IMG/VR virus record: IMGVR_UViG_3300023202_000034
Coordinates: 1-64,000 of that record
Length of the DNA: 64,000 bases
From: a virus
Reading direction: 5' to 3' (one strand)
The notes under the pieces are model-generated. The model had not been told where the DNA came from. It saw nothing but the letters and a program-made list of their open reading frames with translations, and did not search any database. A program made the translations under genes and the position numbers. Each line of letters begins with the position of its first letter. Within the stretch, counting starts at the first letter, position 1. This document shows, in pieces, positions 27,372 through 38,000 of this stretch.

Positions 27372-29723
27372 ATGGGACTATTCAGTAGTAAAAAGAAGAA
27401 GGTTGTCGGAACCAGCGTCACCCGAGTCATCGAAGACGAGGATATTCCTTCCAACGCCAAGGAGAGTGTGATTGCCGCTATTATGCGTGGCGAGTCTGTT
27501 GGTGACATGATTCTGGAAGATCGTATCAATGGGCGTGTTCCCCACTTCGAGCAGGCATACGCATTTGCCAAATCCGACAATTATGTGTTCGGGGTACCTG
27601 ACGAAGAGATCAGTGAAACCAGCTCAGCAAGACTTGCTGTGCAGCAGCAGATCACTGCAGAACAATCCAGCAATGTTCAGCTTTGGTACTACCGACTGCT
27701 TCCCATGAACTTCCTGCACATGGCTTGGGAAACGTTATTTACCCAATACCAGTACGACCCGTTCACCAACAAGCTCGGCACCAAGACAACAGAAAAAGGC
27801 ACGGACGTCTATGTGAAAGACCTGGTGGTATCACTCACCGGTACAGCCGAGGATTACCCCGAATTATCCCTTATCAACTGGGATACGCACCCCCAGGACC
27901 GTTACAGCCTGAGCAGGGGAGACACCCCGACTGAAACCAGAACACCTGTCTTTCTGTTTGAGCAGTCACAGAATGAGTTCCGTGTGGAGATCGAGTGGCT
28001 GGAGGAGGGTTCTGGTACACCAACGGATGGGTATACGGCGCCAGCACTAAGTCAAGCTGTTGTACTACAGGGTGGTTATACTGCCTCACCTTTAAGTCAG
28101 GCAGTTGTCTTGAGCGAATCAGGTACCGGAAGTACGCCAGGGGATGAACCAACCATTCAGACCGAAGTATGGGTTCTACCAATTCCCGCTGTGGATATGG
28201 CACAGCTCTACCACCAAGTGGCATACCGTAACCTAGGAAACAACGCAGAAGGTTATTGGACCTACGCGCAAGGCGTAGGCACCTATCCAGCAATAGACAA
28301 CGCAGGCAATACCACAACCATTGTGGAAACGGATTATATGCCGTTCATGTTTTTCATAAGTGATGGCGTTCTATTGGGCTCTGAAGGCCGGGAAAACACT
28401 CCGGAGTACCGGAGTATGCAACTTATGCTCAGATACATGAGCATGGACTTCAGAGAAGTCTGCGACAACATGGCAGAGAATCCAGACATTGCTGATGTAC
28501 GTCAAGGCGCTATGATCTTTGGGATTCCTATGGATTCAGAAGATCCAGATGAACTGGTCTACCTTTATCGACACTTACGCCACTTGTATGACACCACCAC
28601 GCCAGTGACTGAAGTAACAACCGGAGATGCACAGTATTCCATTGGTTTCACCGACGCGGACTTCCGGATTGATCTGGATTACGCCGGCATTGTGGTCGAA
28701 ACCAAGACAGGTAACGTCGGTGAAGTCGGTTCTGTAAAACGGACGATTGGGAATTACTCGGTACAGGAAACAAAGACCATAGATACCCGGGATGGTCCGG
28801 AGACTGAGGTCGTTACACGTACTTACGACAAGTTGACTCTACAATACCAGGAGACTGCAAACTCGTATCAGGAACTCACGATCTACAACCCGAGCATGGT
28901 GTACTTCGTGGAAGGGAATCGGGCGGTATATGTCAACCTGTCCGATGACGAGGGACGGCTTCTGCTCCCAATGTGTAAACCAATCATCAACACATTCAGT
29001 TACAACCAAAAGGAGAAGTTGTACCTCCGTTCGTTGCACTTCGTCTTTAACTCCCTCGTGGTGGTGAAAGTGAAGTGGTACCAGACCGGAATCTTCAAGG
29101 CGTTTCTGGTGGTAGTGGCTATTGTCATCACAGTACTAAGTGCTGGAACGGCAATACCGGCTATTGCGGGTTTCCTGGGAATCTCAACGTTAGCCGCGGT
29201 GGTGGTCTTCGTCATTATCAGTATTGCGATGTCCTTTGTCTTCCGTCTGGTGGTCAAGGAACTTGGTTTACAGAATAGTATTATTGCTGCAGTCGTATTG
29301 GTTGTTCTGGCTGCGCTTGCAGGAATGAACGGTACAGAGTTCTTTGGTTTTGTTGATGCACAGATGTTGCTTATGATGGGTAACGGGCTTGCGCAGGGTG
29401 TTGGTAAATATGCTGGAGAACTCGTTAATGAATATAATCAAAAATACGAACAGTTTGAAGATTTACTGGACAATAGGACAAAGGAACTAAAAGCAGCTGA
29501 GGAACTATTAGGCGGAGGGATTGATATAGATCCCTTTGAGTTTATCGGGCTACAGCCGTTATTTATCCCCGGAGAAACGCCTGATTTGTTTTATCAAAGA
29601 ACAGTGCATTCCGGTAACATTGGAACATTGGCTTATGAATATTTACACAGTTACTTTGATGTAAACCTCCAATTACCAACCATTTCAGATTCTTTGGGAG
29701 AGTTATATGACCGGAACCGTTAA
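27372..29723 (+). CDS. N4 gp53-like virion protein with hydrophobic C-terminal region
   Basis: MGLFSSKKK start, KVKWYQTGIFK followed by TM-like segments. Confidence 0.82.
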   Translation: MGLFSSKKKKVVGTSVTRVIEDEDIPSNAKESVIAAIMRGESVGDMILEDRINGRVPHFEQAYAFAKSDNYVFGVPDEEISETSSARLAVQQQITAEQSSNVQLWYYRLLPMNFLHMAWETLFTQYQYDPFTNKLGTKTTEKGTDVYVKDLVVSLTGTAEDYPELSLINWDTHPQDRYSLSRGDTPTETRTPVFLFEQSQNEFRVEIEWLEEGSGTPTDGYTAPALSQAVVLQGGYTASPLSQAVVLSESGTGSTPGDEPTIQTEVWVLPIPAVDMAQLYHQVAYRNLGNNAEGYWTYAQGVGTYPAIDNAGNTTTIVETDYMPFMFFISDGVLLGSEGRENTPEYRSMQLMLRYMSMDFREVCDNMAENPDIADVRQGAMIFGIPMDSEDPDELVYLYRHLRHLYDTTTPVTEVTTGDAQYSIGFTDADFRIDLDYAGIVVETKTGNVGEVGSVKRTIGNYSVQETKTIDTRDGPETEVVTRTYDKLTLQYQETANSYQELTIYNPSMVYFVEGNRAVYVNLSDDEGRLLLPMCKPIINTFSYNQKEKLYLRSLHFVFNSLVVVKVKWYQTGIFKAFLVVVAIVITVLSAGTAIPAIAGFLGISTLAAVVVFVIISIAMSFVFRLVVKELGLQNSIIAAVVLVVLAALAGMNGTEFFGFVDAQMLLMMGNGLAQGVGKYAGELVNEYNQKYEQFEDLLDNRTKELKAAEELLGGGIDIDPFEFIGLQPLFIPGETPDLFYQRTVHSGNIGTLAYEYLHSYFDVNLQLPTISDSLGELYDRNR

Positions 29724-30249
29724 CCCTATGCAGGCGCTTGCTATGGCAAGCCCAAATTACACCCCTGTTTCTACCTTTGATCTGGGAACCAGTCCCTATG
29801 ACTTTGGTTATGGGAATTATACCAACCCAAATTTCTCACCTGTTGCTACGGCATCCCCGGTAAGTGCTGCCACATCGGTACCTGTGGCGGACATTTCCCA
29901 ACAGTTGGCGTCTTTTGGATCTGCAGTACCGGCTGGCGCTGAACCGACCACGATGCAAACCTTGTTTGGCGGCAAACTAGCGGATGGTAGTACCCAGATG
30001 GGAATGATTCCTGCTGGTTTGGGGACTGCTAACTCATTGCTGTCCGGCTGGCTTGGTATGAAACAGTATGGATTGGCCAAGAAGCAGATCAACTCATCCA
30101 TTGATATGAGCAAGCGTAACTTCAACGCCCAGGCCAATACGATCAACTCCCAACTGGAAGACCGTCAGCGGTACCGTGCCATGACACAGCCTGGTGCTAA
30201 CCAAGACGTTGCCAGCTATATGGCGAAGTACGGAGTGCAGAAGGTATGA
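29707..30249 (+). CDS. N4 gp52-like ejection protein
   Basis: GMKQYGLAK...NSQLEDRQR; synteny. Confidence 0.78.
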   Translation: MTGTVNPMQALAMASPNYTPVSTFDLGTSPYDFGYGNYTNPNFSPVATASPVSAATSVPVADISQQLASFGSAVPAGAEPTTMQTLFGGKLADGSTQMGMIPAGLGTANSLLSGWLGMKQYGLAKKQINSSIDMSKRNFNAQANTINSQLEDRQRYRAMTQPGANQDVASYMAKYGVQKV

Positions 30250-31562
30250 GCAATCCTATCACTTGGCGTAATGTTAACGGCCCGGATCTTCGATCCGGTG
30301 CCGCCATTCTTGGGCAAGCCCAGCAGAGCTTTGATAAAGCGTTCTCGGGTGCCCAGGGCGTTATCAATGATTGGCAAGGCATTCAGGAGGCCAACCAAGC
30401 CAACACCATTGACAAGAACACTGAGCAATTCCTGAATACGATCAACCAACGTTACCGTGATCCAGCTGCCTTGGAGCAAGCCAGACAATCGGGTGAGCTG
30501 GATGCTCTGCGTCAGCAGTATGGTCAGTATGGTTTGGACACTGATAAAACGAACGTCGCAGCCATTGATTCTATTCTGGGACAACGACGTACCCAGCGTA
30601 AGGAAAACCAAGAGTACTCTGATTTCGAGACTCGCTTGGGTAACCGTGCAGCCAGGGATGCACATGACGTGGCGATTGCTGAAGGTCGCTTTGAGGACGC
30701 GGCCAAGATACGGTCTGAGAACGAGTTTCTCAACGAAGGCGGTATGGCTCAGGCACAAACCAGTGCACAGCATGCTGAAGAGAATCTGAACTGGACCCGG
30801 GAGCAGCGGAACAATACCCGACAGGATCGTGCAGAAACCCAACAACAGAAAGCAATCCGGAAGCAGGGTGAGGCCTTGGCTGCTGACGCATTCCTGCGTA
30901 TGAGCGAACCAGGGGCCAATGCCACCCAGATCAGGAACAGTCTGGTTTCAGACCTGATGTCAGTTCCAGGAATGACTATGGGCATGGCCACGGAAATGGC
31001 AACCAATGCGGACAACACCGATTATCTGACCTCACAATTGTCCAAGCGTGATCAGGCAGGGTTGGACAAAGGTTTGGCAGGAATTGAGAAGGAACTCAGC
31101 AAAAATGAGTTTTACCAGTGGGAGACCTCCAAAGAGTCACCCGCCGAGGCTGCAAACCGCGTAATCCAAAGCGCGCAAGCTAAGATCGACGACGGTTGGG
31201 ACCAGGAAGAAATCCATGATTTTGCGTTGGTTGCGATGACACAAGGCTTTGACTTGGGTACAGGCACGAAGATGCCTCTTCCCCCTGCCGCTGTGGAGTT
31301 CGTTATCAACCATCCGGATGTGGGTTCACTTTGGAACGGAAACCCAGATGATCATGTAAAGCGCTTGATCACCGACAACCCCTACTGGAAGAAGAAACTG
31401 GACGAAGCTGCACAGGGTAAGATTGACAAAAAGACGTATCAGGCCGAGTATTTAAAGAACACCCTGGGGAACGCCGAGCAGTTACAGGCAATGGACGCCC
31501 GCAGGAAAGACGGAGATCCGGTTGGTTGGTTCCTCGAAAGCATCAAGAACCGGGAACAGTAA
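30246..31562 (+). CDS. N4 gp51-like ejection protein
   Basis: PITWRNV start, Q/A-rich, upstream of vRNAP. Confidence 0.75.
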   Translation: MSNPITWRNVNGPDLRSGAAILGQAQQSFDKAFSGAQGVINDWQGIQEANQANTIDKNTEQFLNTINQRYRDPAALEQARQSGELDALRQQYGQYGLDTDKTNVAAIDSILGQRRTQRKENQEYSDFETRLGNRAARDAHDVAIAEGRFEDAAKIRSENEFLNEGGMAQAQTSAQHAEENLNWTREQRNNTRQDRAETQQQKAIRKQGEALAADAFLRMSEPGANATQIRNSLVSDLMSVPGMTMGMATEMATNADNTDYLTSQLSKRDQAGLDKGLAGIEKELSKNEFYQWETSKESPAEAANRVIQSAQAKIDDGWDQEEIHDFALVAMTQGFDLGTGTKMPLPPAAVEFVINHPDVGSLWNGNPDDHVKRLITDNPYWKKKLDEAAQGKIDKKTYQAEYLKNTLGNAEQLQAMDARRKDGDPVGWFLESIKNREQ

Positions 31563-31568
31563 ACTGAG

Positions 31569-31594
31569 GGCCCTCTTCGGAGGGCTTTTTCTTT
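31569..31594 (+). terminator. Intrinsic terminator
   Basis: GCCCTC-TTCG-GAGGGC-TTTTT. Confidence 0.8.
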
Positions 31595-31610
31595 CACAAG
31601 GGGATACCTC

Positions 31611-31919
31611 ATGCGAGGATTTATTACCTCGGTTGTAGTGCTGGCAAGCATTGGTGCTGTGCTTTATGGTGGCACTTACTACCTGACAATGCAGATAGAC
31701 ACTCTCTACTCCGATCTTGCCAATTCTATTGGTTTGATCTATTTAATGATTGCACCGGCTTATTTGGTTGTTCAATTTATCCTTGTTCCATTGTATCGTC
31801 GTGCAACAAAAGAACTGACCATTAGGGATTTGCACAAGTACAAAACACTGCTGGATAACGGACTTATTTCCGAATCAGAATACAACCAAAGAGTTGGTGA
31901 ATTAAAGAAGTCTTTGTAA
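31611..31919 (+). CDS. Two-TM membrane protein with SHOCT-like tail
   Basis: Two hydrophobic segments; KYKTLLDNGLISESEYNQ. Confidence 0.72.
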   Translation: MRGFITSVVVLASIGAVLYGGTYYLTMQIDTLYSDLANSIGLIYLMIAPAYLVVQFILVPLYRRATKELTIRDLHKYKTLLDNGLISESEYNQRVGELKKSL

Positions 31920-32009
31920 TTAAATACAGTCTCTCCTTGTTTTAAATATCGCAACAAATCCTATTCTATTTATAATGCCTCAATGGTTTAAAACTGTTGA
32001 GGCATTTAG

Positions 32010-35000
32010 ATGGATATAATGGATGAACTTGGTTCCCTTCTTAACGATAAAAGCACGCCTCTTGATCGCGTAATACAACGGCGGAATCAGAAAGAGCAAG
32101 ATGTTATTGATGCCGCGTTTAAAAACGTTGAAGCCCTGGATCGCATACATAAAGCCAACGAACGTCGGTTGCAGCCGGATGCCCAAGTAGGTGCACTGGG
32201 CACAGACTCTGATACGGTTCGTTTAGGTGTCGGTGGTGCAATGAGTGGTACAGGTTCTGTGCTTGCAGCTCCTGGCTGGATACTGGACCAGGCCGGTCAA
32301 CTTATTGAATCTGGTTTAATGGCAGCAGGTCTGGAAGATCAAGTACGCGCAGTCAACCAGAAGTTTGTTGATTGGGGTATCTCCGCACCCAGTGAGGCCT
32401 TCAAAGGTGTAGGCGGTTGGCTGAAAGAAGGCGGTCAAGAACTCCAGAAAGCCGTGGATGCTTCCACACAATACTCCTTTGACCAGAGTACACCTACTGG
32501 TGACATCACCGATACGTCCAGTTGGTCATTGGGCGAGAACCCTTCTCTGGAAGGTTATGGTTTGCAGCTGACGAAGATCCTGGGGGAGTTTGCTCCGCAG
32601 GCAGCAGGCCTGGTAGCCCGAAGTCCAGAGAAAGCCATGCAGATCATGGGTGCTATTGGTGGTCTGCAAGCCGGTGAAGGTCAAGCCTCTGACACCGTGG
32701 ATGCCATTATGCAGATGGATGAAGCCACGCTCACAGAAGCTTCTGACCTGTACCGGGAACTGCGCGAAGACACCCCAGAACTTACCCACGAACAAGCCCA
32801 GCAGGAAGTTGCACGTACCGCAGGTGCTGCGTCTTTCATGGGGGGTGCTTTGGTAGGTACAGCGGGTGGTGCAGCCACCGGTTATATCCTCAAACCTCTT
32901 CAAGGCAAACTGCAAGGCAACGTTCTGGGACGTGCTACAAAATCCGTAGGTCTGTCTGCCGGCGAAGAAGCTCTGCAAGAAGTGGGCGAGACCGTTACCG
33001 GACGTGCAGCAAGTAATCTGGCTGCCGGTATGGACCGAGACCTGACCGAAGGTACTTTCGGTGATGCGGTACTGGGTGGTTCCTTTGGCGGTGGTTTGGG
33101 TGCACTGGGTACCACGGCCGATGAAGTAGGACGTATTGCTGAGAAAGTCTCAGCAGCCATGCCTCAGACTGATTTCAGTACCAAAGAGAAAGACATTGTT
33201 GCGGCAGCAGAGTCTGGCAACATCGATAAGTTCCTTGATCCAGAAGACAAGAAGAACTACTCCCCCCTGAATGCCCTTGGCGCCATGGTCATTCGTGCCC
33301 GTCGTGATGATGTGCCGGAAGCTGAAAAGCGTGAACTGAAAGCTTCTATGCAGAACATGATCACCACGCTGGAGCAGGATGCCGTCAAACTGCAACGCCA
33401 GATTGATCAGCATCTTCCTGAAACTATTGAGTCCACGCGGCAGAAACTTCAAACCCGGGAACAGAAGCTGGCAACAGCCGAGACTGAACAGGAACGTGTT
33501 CAGCTACGTGATGACATTGAGTTCCTGAAAGAATCCCTGGATGCCATTGAGAACGTTGATCCCAAGCGCATTAAAGCCATGGAGGCTGAGCTTAAGGGGA
33601 TCAACTCTCAGATCAGTGAAGCTCAGGCCATGTTTTCCCAGGTCCCAGGAGCAGAGGCCACTGCAGACGATGTGGATGCCCTGAAAGCCACTGCCGGCAT
33701 TACCCCAACAGATGCACCGGTATCGTCTACAGAACGTACCCAGGCCGCTAAAGAGCTGACCATAGTGGCTATGCAGAATCCGGATTTGCTGAGTACACAG
33801 GACGTTGAAACCCTGGTAGGGGATGACACCAATGGCTTGTCAGAAGATGACCGACAGTTCCTGCGTACTCTGTCCCAAGCACAGCTTGCCGCGAATCTGG
33901 CTCAAGACATGACCGGAGCACGCCGAGGCGTCATGCAAGGCACAGACGGTTTTATAGGCATTCGCCAGTATCAAGCACGCATGGCCAATGCTGTTAGGGC
34001 CAAAAATGACACGGTGGCCAAAGCCCAGCTCACTGGTTTGCGCAAGTTCCGGGAAAGTCATGAAGCCAAGGCTAACGTATTTGAGAAGGCACTGGAGCAA
34101 ACCAATAAGACTGGTAAGCCGGTGATTGTTGCCCGGGGCAAAGGACACACTGATTGGAAAATCACCCAGCGTAAGTCGTTGACCGATACTTTCCGGAACT
34201 TCGGGGCTATCCGTATTCGCCCAGACTCTACACGGTTGGTGGCTACCGTTGCACAAGAGAGGGAAGCTCTGAAGGCCGCTGAAGCCATGTTAAATGCAGC
34301 CTATACCTTGGGCTTCTCTCAGAACGCATCCGTCACAGAACAGCCGGAGGCTGTCTCCGACACGCCAGAATCCACTGAATCTCCAGTAGCAGAGGAAACC
34401 GTCAATGAGTCAGAGCAAAGCGAAGCGCCCGAACCGGAATCCGTGGAAGCAACACCAGAAACGTCTGAAGCAGAGCCAGAGCCGACGCAGGCAGCAGAAC
34501 CTGTTGCAGAGCCCACACTCAGAGAGCGGGTTGAACAACCTGAGTCAGGTACTGACGGAGAGGTAGAGGCTGAGCTGGAACCGGTAAACCCGGAACCTGA
34601 ATCAGAGGTACCGACCGAGGCGGGCGAAGTCCGCTACGAGGAAGGTACCTTGGCTGTGTTTAAACAAAAAGCAGCAGCAATCACCGGCAAGTTAACCGAT
34701 GAAGCCTTCCGTAAACTCAACCTGGTTCGGCAGTACTTTACCCAAACCAGTAAGAAAGACTCGGATGTGACTGAACGGCCCTTGGTAGTTCAGAAGGATT
34801 TCCTGTCTGCGTTGATTCAGGATGAATCCGTTGCCGATCTGTTCGTGGATGCACGACGCTACGGTAGTTTTGACGGTTCTGGTTTGTCTGAAGCGCAGTA
34901 TGCCGCCATACGTGACTTTGCATCCAAGGCAAAAGACTGGAACGAATATCTGGAAACAGAACTGATTAACTACGATATCAAGGAACAGTTCTACTATCGT

Positions 35001-38000
35001 GATCTGTTCCACCATCTGCGTGATGGTCAGCCAACCGAGGAGAACATCAAGACAGCGATCTCTTATGCGGCATACTCTTGGCTGATTGATAACGCCAGCA
35101 GACCAGCACTGGCCACCGACGAAGAGATCAATACCATCCTGCATCGTCGTCCGGAACACGAAGTCATAGACACTGAGCGGGCTGAGTTTGGTTATATCGG
35201 CACCTCGGACAAGTTGGTGATCAATACGCTGGGTCAAAAGGTGGTTCAGGCATTAGGTATTCGTGGTACCAAGGATACACCAGCTAACCTGGTGTCCCAG
35301 CTTGAGTCGTCTTTGGGTGTCTACGCTATGCAGTTGCTGGCGGAACAAGAGTTGGTTGAGCGTCACCAGGTTACGAGTGCTTCGTTCTCCAGGGAACCCG
35401 GTGATGCAGACGACGCGACCATCTCGGGGGACTATGTTACACACCCGTTTGTTCGTCTGGCTCGTAAAGAGAACCTCAAGCCGGTTGACGTAATTGAAGC
35501 CATTGGTGTAGCCAACCGTAATACTCAGAGTATTCTGAGCCACCTTATGGGTGTGGAGTCTGGCTCTTTTGAACCGGAGTTTGTGGAGCCTGAATTTAAC
35601 CAGGCGTTCACCAAAGGCACCAAGCAACGGGTACCCAAGCGACAGCAGAAGATTGAAGCCAAGAAAGGTAAATACGCCTATCAGGTACGCAGCACCATGT
35701 TTGGTTTGTGGGATGCACTGGACCTGGGTACCAAACGAACCATCGTAGGTGTAAAGGATCTTGACAACAAAGCCGTGCACAAGGTCAACAAGCTGAGTGC
35801 TGAAGGATTCAACGAAGGCCTTGACCGTGAGATTTTCCTGTTCGACGAATTCGCCAGCAAGGAAGAGCACCGGAACCGTCCGTTCTGGTTAATTGGTAAT
35901 ATCTGGAAGCAGCAACGTGTAGGTCTGAAGAGTAACACCATCAACCCGCAAGCCAGCAAGATCCATCGTTTCCTGGTTTCCATGACAGGATGGAAAGTGT
36001 CTGTAGACACTCGCCTGGATTCACCCAGTAACCGGATGTTCCGACTGAACGTAGCTACTGGCCTGGGTATCAAGACGGATAAACAGGCTGTAGAGACTTC
36101 TCTGAAGCGACTAGATGAGAAGCTGAATGACAATCCAATCTTGCTGGATGCTGTAGAGGTCATTAAGCAGAATCTGCTGGGCGAACCACTCTCCGAAGCA
36201 GAGCAGGCTACCCTGGTGGAGGCAGTCAGGGTGGGCGGTGAAGCCATGCACACGATGGATGCTCTGTTGGGTCTGGCACAGTGGGAGCTGGCCGTTGATA
36301 ACGGAGAATCCAGTTTTGAAACCGATATGATGCTGGAAATCGACGGTGTTACCAACGGCCCCATGCTGGCACAACTCCAGTTGGGTGCAGCACCTTCTGC
36401 CGGGGAACTGAACGAGATCCTGAACAAAGGTGGCATGTACGAGCTGGGCAGTGATTACACCAACTTCAATACCTGGAAAGAAGAAGCCAAGCAACCTGAC
36501 CTGTACGAAACCCTGGCCAAAGACATTGCCGAAGCAATGCAGGCGGTGATTCAGGGAGCCGATGCCTGGAAAGCACAGAACTTTGTTTCTCTGAACCGCT
36601 TCATGGACGGGCTGTTTGACGCTAACAGTAAGAAAGTGACCATCGGACGTAACGCGGTGAAGACTCCGCTTACAGCCATGGTGTTTGGTTCTTCAATCAA
36701 CAACGCCATTAAGAGTATGGCGGAAGAGTTTGTTCAGGGTATCTACGATCGAATTGAAGCAGATGCCAATTTACCAGAAGGTGAACGTTCTGCTGCAACC
36801 AAAGAAACCCTCAAGCACATCAACGCACTGTTGAAACCTGGTTTCAAGAAAGGGGTTACCCCACTCTCTGAGAACATGACGACTGATCAGTTGCTGGAGT
36901 TCACCTTTGATAAGGAGCAACTGAAAACGATCAACGACATGTTCCGCTGGAACGTTGGCAAGCATGTTGAAGGTGTGATGGAACATCGCTTTGGTTTGTT
37001 CATGGGACGTAGAAGGGAGCTGAACCGGGGTGCACAGTTGGCCTTCTACCTGTATGACACTGTGTATCAGTACTACCGTGAAAAAGTAATCAAGGAGTTG
37101 GTTAACTCTGGAGATATCCCGGTCAACGTAACCAAGAACGGTAACACACTGTATCGATATGACCTGACCTCAGCACAAGAGCAGTTGGTGGAGCAGCGTG
37201 TACGTGCGGCCATGCCTATGGTACATACCCCACTGTCCAAAGACAGCAAAGACCTGGGTGCTGGCTTGTTCATCGGCAAGACTGAGCGCAGTGTGGCAAA
37301 GGATGCAGACACAGCCTACACCCAGAAAGTGGAATTCAAAAAGCGTAAAGATAAAACACGGTACGTCGACGGCCGCGGCATGAAACGTCAGATGGTCGAC
37401 CCGGGTATAGCCACCCTGATCATGATGATTCACTCATCGGATAGCGCCATTTCTTCCTATGCGGCAGAACAGTTACAAGCCCTGAACATCCACGATGCTC
37501 ATGGTTTGAGTCTGAACGATGCAGCCGAAGGCGGAAAGAACCTGAACAAGGCGACGTATGAAGTCATGCGTGACTACTCGGCGCCATTGGAAATCCATGA
37601 GGCACTGGTTCGGACAATTCGTGGTTTGAAGTCGCTGGGTGAGGATCTGGTATCTGATCCGGAACTGCGTGAGCGGTTTGTTGCCTTGTCTCAAGAGCTA
37701 CACAAATCCAAACTGAACGGGCTCATTGAGCCGGTTGATGATATCAACCCAGATAACGGGGACGTTTTCCGGTACATCCTGAAGCAGACTGAACGTGCTG
37801 CGTTCGCTTCTGAGTACACCAAACTGCAGAACATGGCTCAGTCCAAAGCGTATAACCAGTACGCCTTTGAAGGTGGGGAATACTTAGTAACAGATGCAGA
37901 TCGTGCCAAAGCTTTGGAAAACCTTGATGCGTTGGATGCTCGTCCAGCTAACAAAGGTGACCGGGATCTCATGGAAGTTCTTTACTCGCTGTTCCCAGGC

